Virus record (IMG/VR): IMGVR_UViG_3300013307_000002
Coordinates: 1-64,000 of that record
DNA: 64,000 nucleotides
Source of the DNA: a virus
Direction: 5' to 3' (one strand)
Shown here: piece after piece, positions 28,170 through 36,926 of the stretch
Position numbering within the stretch: position 1 is the stretch's first letter
Layout of the letters: each line of letters starts with the position of its first letter
Position numbers and translations under genes: made by a program
Notes under the pieces: model-generated
What the model was told of the DNA's origin: nothing
What the model saw: only the letters and a program-made list of their open reading frames with translations
The model's database searches: none

Positions 28170-28256
28170 GTTGGATTACTCAAGCGGCAACGAGAGCAGA
28201 CTGTAAATCTGTGGCCCATATGGGCTTCGAAGGTTCGAGTCCTTCATCCAACACCA
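28170..28256 (+). tRNA. tRNA-Tyr(GTA)
   Basis: GTTGGAT/ATCCAAC, loop CT-GTA-AA, long variable arm, CCA. Confidence 0.95.
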
Positions 28257-28291
28257 AACAATGCACCTATAGTTAATTTTTGAGGTTTACT

Positions 28292-28501
28292 ATGGCAGAC
28301 TGTAATCGTTGTGGGGATTCTGGGGGAAAGTACTCCCCAAATGAAAACTCTAATAATGGGGTTTTCTGTTACAACTGTATTGATATTGTGTTAGCTGGGG
28401 GCGGAGGAGGTGACTGTAACCCTCGTTACTCTGATAACCCCGGCACAAGGGAAGCTTATAGAAGACTTATGAGCGCCCCAAACTCAGAGTACAAGTATTA
28501 A
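28292..28501 (+). CDS. small CxxC/CxxC zinc-binding protein inserted in the tRNA array
   Basis: GAGG RBS; 'CNRC' and 'CYNC'. Confidence 0.55.
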   Translation: MADCNRCGDSGGKYSPNENSNNGVFCYNCIDIVLAGGGGGDCNPRYSDNPGTREAYRRLMSAPNSEYKY

Positions 28502-28514
28502 TCAAATATATAAT

Positions 28515-28589
28515 GCACCTATAGTTAAATGGATATAACAGGAGCCTTCTAAGCTCTAGTTCTAGGTTCGATTCCTAGTGGGTGTGCCA
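28515..28589 (+). tRNA. tRNA-Arg(TCT)
   Basis: GCACCTA/TGGGTGT, loop CT-TCT-AA, CCA. Confidence 0.93.
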
Positions 28590-28595
28590 TATTTA

Positions 28596-28684
28596 GCCCG
28601 GATGATGAAACTGGTAAACATAGGAGACTTAAAATTTCCCGTCTCGTAAGAGGCTTGCGGGTTCGACCCCCGCTCCGGGCACCA
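28596..28684 (+). tRNA. tRNA-Leu(TAA)
   Basis: GCCCGGA/TCCGGGC, loop CT-TAA-AA, long variable arm, CCA. Confidence 0.93.
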
Positions 28685-28717
28685 AACAAAGTAACTTTCA
28701 GTTCAGTGAGATAAAGT

Positions 28718-28915
28718 ATGAACAGAGAGCAGTCCTTGCACTGGAGGGGTTGGTTAGAAAAACAGCCCATGTTTAATGCGAGAGTTTACTGTGTTAGATG
28801 TATGGCACCTTATAAAATAGGTGAATGTCAAGAGACACTAGATTCTCCGGGTTGCTATTGGAAGGAGAGTAAATGCCCTTCATGTGGGTGTAAACTTTAT
28901 TACAGCCATCTATAG
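28718..28915 (+). CDS. small zinc-finger protein
   Basis: 'CVRC' and 'CPSC' motifs. Confidence 0.5.
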   Translation: MNREQSLHWRGWLEKQPMFNARVYCVRCMAPYKIGECQETLDSPGCYWKESKCPSCGCKLYYSHL

Positions 28916-28945
28916 TAATACATCTAGCAAGAATAACCAAACAAT

Positions 28946-29020
28946 AGGGCTATCGTATAATGGTTATTACATCGGCCTTTGACTCCGATAATCCACGTTC
29001 GATTCGTGGTAGCTCTGCCA
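28946..29020 (+). tRNA. tRNA-Gln(TTG)
   Basis: AGGGCTA/TAGCTCT, loop CT-TTG-AC, CCA. Confidence 0.9.
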
Positions 29021-29050
29021 ATTTAAATGTGTAAACTAAAGGTGGCTAAT

Positions 29051-29470
29051 ATGAAAAAGCTTTCACTGGTATTGTGTGCTTTAGCATTAGCAGGTTGTGC
29101 TCATACTTCCACCGAAGTTAGTGAGCCGATTGCTTGCAGTGCAGATTGTGATGCACGGTTTGAGAACATCAGAGCTGTTGCTACTAAGTTCTTGGGCTAT
29201 ACAATCACTCACGAAACTTCTAATAGTTTCACGGCTCAATTAGTAAATCTTGATAAATCTGTTGTGGTAACAAGTGCAATGAATGTATTCAAGATGCCAG
29301 AACAAATCTTCGTTGACGTAGAAACATCAGGCGTATCTGATATTACTACAGCGGCTAACATCTCTAACCTTACTAGCCATGAAGATTTCAGAACTATCAA
29401 AGTTCATAAAACAGAGAGTGTTGTAATACCAAACACTTATACAGAAAACCTGTTTAGGATTCCTCACTAA
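29051..29470 (+). CDS. putative lipoprotein
   Basis: 'MKKLSLVLCALALAGC' lipobox. Confidence 0.6.
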   Translation: MKKLSLVLCALALAGCAHTSTEVSEPIACSADCDARFENIRAVATKFLGYTITHETSNSFTAQLVNLDKSVVVTSAMNVFKMPEQIFVDVETSGVSDITTAANISNLTSHEDFRTIKVHKTESVVIPNTYTENLFRIPH

Positions 29471-29916
29471 TGTCAATGGCTAGTAAATATAACGCTATTT
29501 GCGAGAAGTGTGAGTCAGATATGGAAGAAGGCCCAGTTCTTTATTCAGAAGTTATGGACTGTGTTGTTCAGTCTTATATCTGTCCTCTTTGTAATCATGA
29601 GCAAGAGGAGGTAGTAGAGTGAGTATCATCTGGTATCTGCTCATTCGTTATAACAAGTTTAGCGATGATGCTTTGTTCGGGTTCAGTATCATAGGTGTGG
29701 TAGAGATGATTATTGAATTTGCTCTACTGGCAAACTTTATTCTTTAGTATAAAGACCCGGAAGTATAGGGTCTTTTCAATTGACAACATGAAAGATCATT
29801 ACCCACTTCCTTCTATTAGTGTTCGGTTATGACATTCCGCTGGTAGTGGTCTTTCAGGTGTTCATTGAATATCGCTTGGAATCGATAATCCTGTTTAGCC
29901 AGCATCAATGGCAATA

Positions 29917-30007
29917 GTTACAGGTCGTCTAGTGGACTAGGACAACAGCCAAGTAATTCTTAGGAATGAAACGCGGGAAACGTAGGTTCAAATCCTGCTC
30001 TGTAACA
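29917..30007 (+). pseudogene. pseudo-tRNA / tRNA-like RNA with replaced anticodon arm
   Basis: intact acceptor, D-arm (GTCTAGTGGACTAGGAC) and T-arm (GTAGGTTCAAATCCTGC); anticodon region expanded; no CCA. Confidence 0.6.
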
Positions 30008-30051
30008 TCTCAAATACTGAAAATGATACGTCTCTTCAGAGGAAATATAAA

Positions 30052-30411
30052 ATGGGCAACAAAAAATCTAACGCAGGTAAAGGTTCACTGGCAGCATACA
30101 AATCAAACAATAGCTTTGGTAAAAATAAAGTTCGTAAGCTGCAAACTCACCTGAAAAAGCATCCTGAAGATGCTGTTGCTGCTGCAACCCTGTCGGCTGT
30201 AAGCCGTTCTATTGCTACCTCCCCTCGTTGGGGTCATAAGCGTGTAGGTAATCTGAATGCATCTCAGCGCCTGCAAGATCAAACTGTAAGCAAAGTGAAG
30301 TCTGGCCTGCGTCAGCTCTCTTTCCTGTCTCGCCACGACAATGTTGAAATGGTTGACGGTAACTACACCTCTGATCAAATCAAAGAGCGTGCTGCACGTA
30401 AAGCCGCGTAA
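30052..30411 (+). CDS. basic hypothetical protein
   Basis: 119 aa, GAGG RBS, followed by a terminator at ~30419-30449. Confidence 0.7.
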   Translation: MGNKKSNAGKGSLAAYKSNNSFGKNKVRKLQTHLKKHPEDAVAAATLSAVSRSIATSPRWGHKRVGNLNASQRLQDQTVSKVKSGLRQLSFLSRHDNVEMVDGNYTSDQIKERAARKAA

Positions 30412-30602
30412 TTCTGCCGGGGAGCCTTTTGGCTCCTCTTCTTTTTTTTATATGTGAGAGATGCTGTAATGATTGAGAATGCTGACGACAACGATATCCT
30501 GAATATTGCAATCGTTGCTTGTGTGGTTTGTATTGCTCTGGTTCTGTGTGTAGCCATCCCTGCTGCATACTTTTTATTTACTACTGTGACGGGTGGTGCG
30601 TA

Positions 30603-30905
30603 ATGTCAAAACCAATTCAACTTTATGCGGTTCATGAAAAGCAGGATGGCGTGCAGTGCAGTCATATCAAAACTGCGTACAATATCAATGCCCTCTTCCG
30701 TGCGCTGAATCTTCAGCCTGATATGAATGACGTAAACTCTCAGCGGTGTGTTGAAGCCATTAAAAGTAATGGCAAAATGTTTGTTTATCTCTCTCCTGAA
30801 ATTAAGAAGTTTCATTTTTCCCGTGAAGCTCTTATGGAAGAGTTGATGTATTATCGTCAACAAAAACAGCTATTGTCTGCTGTTGAGTCATTAGATAATA
30901 CCTAA
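30603..30905 (+). CDS. hypothetical protein
   Basis: ORF from 'MSKPIQ' with GGTGG RBS. Confidence 0.55.
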   Translation: MSKPIQLYAVHEKQDGVQCSHIKTAYNINALFRALNLQPDMNDVNSQRCVEAIKSNGKMFVYLSPEIKKFHFSREALMEELMYYRQQKQLLSAVESLDNT

Positions 30906-31322
30906 CAAAATATTGACCATTCATATATTAAACATTTAATTGTGAATATAGAAAGTTAAACCCTAATTATTAGGGGGGTTCGGGAAACCTAGTTTTACTA
31001 ACAAAACTTAAACTATCACGAATGGTCAATCTTTTGTTAGGTAGCGCATCTGGTATATGTGAGTTATAGAATGTAGCGTATCTCACCTCCGTGTAAAGAG
31101 GGTTGTTTCGGCCCGATTGAATGCCCATGTGTGAGTGAGCATTCTCCGCACATCTATATGTAATATACAAGCCATCCAGTCTGAGATAAGGTGGTAGGAG
31201 CGCCACTGGCGACAAAGCTCCAACCTTTAAGTTTTCATTATAATACAGCTCTGTCATTCTTTTACTTTAACGTAATCTGACGACACCTTCACTGGACAGA
31301 TAAAGCTGTATTCTAATGAAAA
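30899..31322 (+). ncRNA. candidate structured intergenic RNA(s)
   Basis: 23/24-bp inverted repeat 30899-30922/31020-31043, two H-type pseudoknot patterns, long hairpin ~31232-31322. Confidence 0.45.
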
Positions 31323-31553
31323 TTTAGCCCTACAATAAGAATGCTGGAAACCTTGCAAGTAGGTTCGGGGCTTACAGAAACGTCTCCATATCCTAACTCG
31401 AAATTAGGATGAATTATATTCATTAGTTTAATTGGTAAAACATGGAGCCATTTCTATGGATCTCGTTTATTTATATTCTGTACTTCTACTCTCCATAGGA
31501 GCGCTAATCTTTTGCCTTAGAGAGTTATTCATCCACCTTCTGAGGATCTTTGA

Positions 31554-31766
31554 ATGAAGCGTCTGTTAGTATCAGTAGCTGTTGTTATTTCACTGGCTGC
31601 ATGTTCCACACCACCTGTTGTAAAGTCTGCTATTGAACGTGATTCCGCTTATCACAAAGCAGTAGATTTTTGTGGAGATAAAGATAATATCTCCTATTTT
31701 TTCTACAAACAACAAGTAGCATCCTTTAAAGTCTACTGCATGGATGGTCGAGGTCGTGAGCTATAA
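31554..31766 (+). CDS. small lipoprotein
   Basis: lipobox 'LAAC'. Confidence 0.6.
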   Translation: MKRLLVSVAVVISLAACSTPPVVKSAIERDSAYHKAVDFCGDKDNISYFFYKQQVASFKVYCMDGRGREL

Positions 31767-32350
31767 AAACTGCAATTCAGTAAGACGACACTACATTAAA
31801 CAAGGTAAAAGTTTGCATACAGTTAAGTGTAAACTTAAAGAAAGTCGTAAAGCTAAGTACTTAGCTACAAGACTTCGCCTTGCTGAGTCTGAAAGAGAGG
31901 TTGATTATTATAAACGATTGATTGCATATTATGCTAAAAATGGTTTATTTGGCGGTGTCCACTGGTATAACGCTAAATCCAATCTCATGCTCTATGCACA
32001 ACAAGTTAAGGATCTTTCTCATGCTCTTGGACATGATTAAAGAGTATAAACTCTCTGTCATTTTTGGTGGTATGGAAGAACCTCCGCTGCCCCCAGTATG
32101 GCATGTTATTTCTCCATTCATCAGAGATAACCTCCCTAGATTCTCTGCCTCTAACGAAGATTTAGAGGCTGCAATCTACGATGTTGTTGGGATGATTGAC
32201 AGGGGAAGTAAGTGATTTGGATATATAACTTCTTTTGTGGCATCTGGCTGGGGGTCTGTTACTTCTGGTTTCCTGAAGATTTCTGGACTAATTTTGCTAT
32301 CCTTGTTCCTAATATGATTTTGTGGACACTAATTTTCGACCTATAAAACT

Positions 32351-32383
32351 GCCCTGACCAGAAATGGTTGGGGCTTTTTTTTT
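32351..32383 (+). terminator. rho-independent terminator
   Basis: GCCCTGACCA-GAAA-TGGTTGGGGC followed by T9. Confidence 0.85.
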
Positions 32384-32421
32384 GTTTAAAGTATAACCCA
32401 CTGAAATAAATAGGAATAAAT

Positions 32422-33642
32422 ATGACTGGTCAAATGTTCGATGTTCGTGGAAAGCGCGTTTTTACTGCATCTGATCGTGGTACAGAAGTTAGTGTGATTC
32501 CTGCCAGTGTTTACACTGTGGAGTTCAACCCCATGACTGGTTGGTATCTGGAGCGTGCTGCTATCCCTTCCCGACCGAAGCGTCTGTACGGCGATGTGGC
32601 AGACCGTGCTCAACGTATTCTGAACACTTATCATGATCGTCTGAACCAGCCCGGTAAAAACACAGCGGCGCTGCTGTCAGGTAATAAAGGCTCAGGCAAA
32701 ACTATGCTGTCTGCTGAAGTTGCTGTAGCTGCTATTGAATCTGGTCTGCCAGTTATTCTGGTTGAAGCGGGCCACACTGATCCTAGCTTCTTTAAGTTCC
32801 TGAACTCAATCACCCAGCCTTCTATCGTTCTGATTGACGAGTTCGAGAAGAAGTATAAAGACGATGAAGAGCAAAATGCTCTGCTCGGTCTGTTGGACGG
32901 TATCAATGCTGGCGGTAAGCTTTTCATTCTTACCTCAAACAACAGCACCGTATCTCAGTTCCTCATGTCTCGTCCGAGTCGTATCTTTTACCACTACCGC
33001 TATGAAAAGCTGGACGAAGCAACTGTGGTTGGTTACTGTAACGACAATCTGACCGATGCAGCTAAGCATCATCAAGTGAATATCAAAACTCTGTGGGATT
33101 TCTCTACAGATTTTAACTTCGATATTCTTCAGTGTCTGGTCGAAGAGCTTAATCGTTATCCAGCGATCAATTTTGTTGAATGTCTGAAAGTTCTGAACAT
33201 TGTGGTTAATGGCCTCACTGAGCGCCGTTTTGTTCTGGAGAAATTCACCCTTGATGGTGTAGATATTTCCAGAAGTAAAGGTCAGATGTTCAGCATCAAC
33301 GTGGCAACTTTCGTAGATGGCTATCAAGGCTTAGCTGTCAACGGATTCTTTTCACAAGAAGAAGACATGTTGCAGCTTGAACGTTGTGCCGGTAAGAGTA
33401 TGTATCATCACAATATTAACTACTTTAAGCTAAAAGCTGAAACTGGTAAAGCCGCATCTGATGATTATTATGATGGAGATTTTACTTATTATGTTAAAGC
33501 AGACCCCTCTCATGTCTCTGTTTCTGCTGAAGAAATTAGCGGTATGTGGGACATTGAAGGCCGTCGCCTTGAAGTTAAAGCTGTTGTTTCTCGCAAGTCT
33601 TCAGAGCAAGACCTGTATGAAAAAATCTTTGTTAGCAATTAA
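32422..33642 (+). CDS. AAA+ ATPase
   Basis: Walker A 'GNKGSGKT', Walker B 'VLIDEFEK', 'FILTSN', 'RPSRI'. Confidence 0.88.
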   Translation: MTGQMFDVRGKRVFTASDRGTEVSVIPASVYTVEFNPMTGWYLERAAIPSRPKRLYGDVADRAQRILNTYHDRLNQPGKNTAALLSGNKGSGKTMLSAEVAVAAIESGLPVILVEAGHTDPSFFKFLNSITQPSIVLIDEFEKKYKDDEEQNALLGLLDGINAGGKLFILTSNNSTVSQFLMSRPSRIFYHYRYEKLDEATVVGYCNDNLTDAAKHHQVNIKTLWDFSTDFNFDILQCLVEELNRYPAINFVECLKVLNIVVNGLTERRFVLEKFTLDGVDISRSKGQMFSINVATFVDGYQGLAVNGFFSQEEDMLQLERCAGKSMYHHNINYFKLKAETGKAASDDYYDGDFTYYVKADPSHVSVSAEEISGMWDIEGRRLEVKAVVSRKSSEQDLYEKIFVSN

Positions 33643-34157
33643 CAAATGATGTGGGAGTTATTGCTCTATCGTAAGCCACGTTAAAAAGTATAGAAAGAGC
33701 ATGAAGAATATAATAGTCGGACTATCAATCCACGGAATGCATACACCCACAAAGTAGTATGTGGCTATTATGTTTCTTCGCTGCAAGCCTTCCAGTTTTC
33801 GGTCTGGGTTATCAAAACCGTTTAACTAAAGAGGTTAATATGTCAAAACCAACTAAAGCTATCTGTATTTATCCTTTTACTTTTGAAGTGATAGAAAAGT
33901 CTGGAAATATTTATAGACACTCGGTTCCAGTTGGAACTATTGCAGACTTAGAGGAAGGTAAATGGTTAATCTGGTGTGGTGATATATCAAAGGAAGTTAA
34001 ACAGTATTTTAGACCACTACTGGAATGGTAAGTATTCGGTACTCATGTTATGTTAGTGAAAATGTACAAAAGATATAACAAGAAAGAAATTTCCTCTGTT
34101 ATCCACCCGTAACGCTAATAGACAATTGGATTGTCGCTAACCTGAAAGGTAATCTAC

Positions 34158-34898
34158 ATGGGAAAACAACGTAATTCTCGCAGATCTAACCGTCAAATGG
34201 ATGTTGAAAACATGGGGACTCCAGCTAATGTTGAACACCTCCACCTCGTCACGAAAACCAAACGCGATTCTTCGCCCATCGAGCCTCGCACTAGCAATCA
34301 AGCTAAATATATCGACGCTATTAACACTAAGCTCCTCGTCTTTGCTACAGGAGATGCCGGTTGTGGCAAGACATTCCTCAGTTCCGCCCTCGCTGCTGAG
34401 AGATTGTGGAATAAAGAAGTAGACAAGATTATTGTTACTCGTCCTGTACTGCAAGCTGATGAAGATCTCGGCTTCTTACCGGGAGATGTAGCAGAGAAGT
34501 TTGCTCCTTATTTCCGTCCAGTGTATGACGTATTGCAGAAGCGTCTCGGTGCATCTTTCCTTGAATACTGCTTGAAACCTCAAGTAGCTAAGGTAGAGAT
34601 TGCTCCTTTTGCTTATATGCGTGGTCGTACTTTTGAGAATGCTTTTGTTATTCTTGATGAAGCACAGAACGTAACTCCTTCACAAATGAAAATGTTCCTC
34701 ACTCGTATTGGTGAAAACTGTACAGTGATTGTGAATGGCGATGTTACTCAGTGCGACCTTCCAAATAAAGCGTCAAATGGTCTGGCTGATGCCCTCACTC
34801 GTTTTGGTGTAGATGATCAAGTTGACTTGATTCAGTTCACTGTAGACGATTGTGTGCGTTCTGAGATTTGCCAGAAAGCATTGTTTGCATATCGCTAA
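34158..34898 (+). CDS. phoH: PhoH-family ATPase
   Basis: 'GDAGCGKT', 'TRP', 'LGFLPGD', 'YMRGRTF', 'DEAQN', 'GDVTQCD'. Confidence 0.95.
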   Translation: MGKQRNSRRSNRQMDVENMGTPANVEHLHLVTKTKRDSSPIEPRTSNQAKYIDAINTKLLVFATGDAGCGKTFLSSALAAERLWNKEVDKIIVTRPVLQADEDLGFLPGDVAEKFAPYFRPVYDVLQKRLGASFLEYCLKPQVAKVEIAPFAYMRGRTFENAFVILDEAQNVTPSQMKMFLTRIGENCTVIVNGDVTQCDLPNKASNGLADALTRFGVDDQVDLIQFTVDDCVRSEICQKALFAYR

Positions 34899-35065
34899 TA
34901 ACGTAAAGGCTACTTTTTGTATTGAGTGGCCTTTGAGTTGTGTAGTGAAGCACACAACAACTAACCTATCTTATCAACCCAAAGCGGTGTTGGATGGTGT
35001 TAGCCCTGACATAATGTACTGTCTAGGGTGAGTGTATTGCAGCACTCCCCTATTTATTCTATAGA

Positions 35066-35096
35066 GGCTCGCTACTTAACGGTAGCGGGCTTTTTT
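35066..35096 (+). terminator. rho-independent terminator
   Basis: GCTCGCTAC-TTAACG-GTAGCGGGC followed by T6. Confidence 0.8.
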
Positions 35097-35131
35097 CGTT
35101 TGTAGTTCTCGTAAATTAAAAGGTAAAGTTT

Positions 35132-35521
35132 ATGACCGATATTACCCCTGAGTCACTGCTGGAAGAGAGTAAAGTATTGGCATCAAAAGCGGCTGGCGCT
35201 ACTGTCGAAAGTGTGTTGATTGGCAACCTGAAGCGTTGGGATACCAATCTGAAAATTGCTCGTGACAACATTTCAACCTACAAAATGACCTCGAAAGCTA
35301 CCGGCCTTCTGCTGTCTAAGCTTAAAGCTAAGCGTCTGGTTGCAGATCGTAATGGTGGCGGTAATATCACTTCTCGCCTGACCAAGCAAATCAACACTGG
35401 TCGTAATATCATCAACGAATCTCGTCAGATGATTGAAGAAGAAATCACCTCTGCCCAGCGGTTTTATGAAATCCGCAAAAGTGTTCTCGGCGCTCTGCGT
35501 CTTTATTATTCTCAGATGTAA
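35132..35521 (+). CDS. hypothetical protein
   Basis: 129-aa helical ORF with RBS. Confidence 0.65.
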   Translation: MTDITPESLLEESKVLASKAAGATVESVLIGNLKRWDTNLKIARDNISTYKMTSKATGLLLSKLKAKRLVADRNGGGNITSRLTKQINTGRNIINESRQMIEEEITSAQRFYEIRKSVLGALRLYYSQM

Positions 35522-35533
35522 GAGGTAACTACT

Positions 35534-36001
35534 GTGACGGATTTTGTTTTGGAAGCATCTAAATTAGCGGCTCAGTTTCATCAGGGTCAAAAGTATGGCA
35601 ACCTCGATTACTTCGAGGGTCATATTGATTCAGTCGCAACTCAAGCTGATGTAATTGCATATGGTTTGAAGTTTAGTAGTGAAGAAATCCGCCATGTGGT
35701 TGCCGCTGCGTATCTTCATGATATTCTTGAGGATACTTTCTGTGAAGCTAAAACTCTCCTTGAGAAAGGTATACCGCATGTTGTTGTAACTGCTGTCGGT
35801 GTTCTGACTAAAGGGTGCGAGTCTAAGAGTCAGTATTTAGCGGCTATCTCTTGTAGTAGAATAGCTACTGTCGTTAAATTGGCTGACAGCATGGTGAACT
35901 TAAGGGCTTGTATTGCTGATGGCAAATTTGTCAAAGCTCTTAAGTATTCAGACAACATCAACTTTCTTACGACTGTTATTAGTCGTTGGAGTGGTCAATG
36001 A
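35534..36001 (+). CDS. HD-domain hydrolase, SpoT/Mesh1 small alarmone hydrolase-like
   Basis: 'FHQGQ.Y...Y..H', 'AAYLHDILEDT', 'VKLADSMVNL'. Confidence 0.8.
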   Translation: MTDFVLEASKLAAQFHQGQKYGNLDYFEGHIDSVATQADVIAYGLKFSSEEIRHVVAAAYLHDILEDTFCEAKTLLEKGIPHVVVTAVGVLTKGCESKSQYLAAISCSRIATVVKLADSMVNLRACIADGKFVKALKYSDNINFLTTVISRWSGQ

Positions 36002-36348
36002 AAAAAGCTGTATTAGTTTTAATCGCTGTAGCAGCACTGCTTTTGATTTTCCGTGGTTACGGTCTGGTCAAATGTACTGTTGCTCAGTATGACCTTAAGC
36101 GTCCTACCCATTACAGTTTCGTAACTGGTAACTGTATGGTAGACACTGAAAAAGGTCGCATCTACCTGAAATCTCTTCGTGGCTATGGAGATGCTGATAG
36201 TGAGTCACACTGAGCCAGTTAATATGATGGATCGTGCTCCCTTTTTAGTAGGTGAGCTGGTAGGTCATCGTCCATTCATCTTTTATAAATTCGACAAGCG
36301 TTACTATATGTCGATTGTCAACAAACCAAATCAAAAGGTAATTCACTA

Positions 36349-36783
36349 ATGTTCGGACTGAAAAAGAAACTGCAATCCCTGATCTCTTCCATCAAAAAGA
36401 TCGAAAATAAATCTGCATTCCAAGCTGCTGTAGCTTCTGCTGTTTGGGTAGCTGCTGCTGATGGCTCTATCGACGATAACGAACTGGATCTGCTGGAAAA
36501 ACTGATCAAAGGCAACGATAAGCTGTCTAACTTCTCCAGCGAAATCGATTCTGAAATGGGCAAATGGGTTGCTGCCTTCACTGGCGGTGGTAAGCGTTCT
36601 GCAATGCTTCAGGTAAACGCTCTGCTGGATTCCATCAAAACTGACCGTGCTGCTGCTGAGCAGGTACTGGTTACTGTCATTGATGTGGCAGATACTGATA
36701 ATAACATCGACGAAAATGAAGCGGCTGTCGTTCGTCAGGTTGCTTCCCGCCTCGGCCTGAATGCTTCTAATTACGGCCTGTAA
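36349..36783 (+). CDS. terB: TerB-family protein
   Basis: 'VAAADGSIDDNE' and 'VADTDNNIDENE' paired metal-binding motifs. Confidence 0.85.
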   Translation: MFGLKKKLQSLISSIKKIENKSAFQAAVASAVWVAAADGSIDDNELDLLEKLIKGNDKLSNFSSEIDSEMGKWVAAFTGGGKRSAMLQVNALLDSIKTDRAAAEQVLVTVIDVADTDNNIDENEAAVVRQVASRLGLNASNYGL

Positions 36784-36926
36784 TAAATGCTGATGGTCTT
36801 TCTTCAACTGTGGTGGATAGTGGCAGTGTTCGTAATAATACTGCTTTATACGTTCTAAGTTGATTACTTATAAGCCTCTACGGGGGCTTATTATTGATTA
36901 ATCTTTGTGACAATAAGAGGTTCAAT

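Noticed and set aside
28028-28276. 82-aa ORF (and the 28549-28770 minus-strand ORF)
   Set aside because: They overlap bona fide tRNA genes
30899-31043. Retron msr-msd (a1/a2 inverted repeats)
   Set aside because: No reverse transcriptase is recognisable in the window
31044-31225. tmRNA or pistol/HDV ribozyme assignment for the pseudoknotted RNA
   Set aside because: Lacks the tmRNA acceptor/T-arm and tag ORF, and the conserved ribozyme core nucleotides could not be matched by eye
30970-31257. 95-aa minus-strand ORF
   Set aside because: No RBS or recognisable motif and the region is better explained by RNA structure; not fully excluded given the upstream minus-strand promoter-like motif
23659-35539. 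CRISPR array or matS/Ter/Chi interpretation of the 12-mer repeat
   Set aside because: Copies are kilobases apart, non-palindromic, and do not match those consensus sequences
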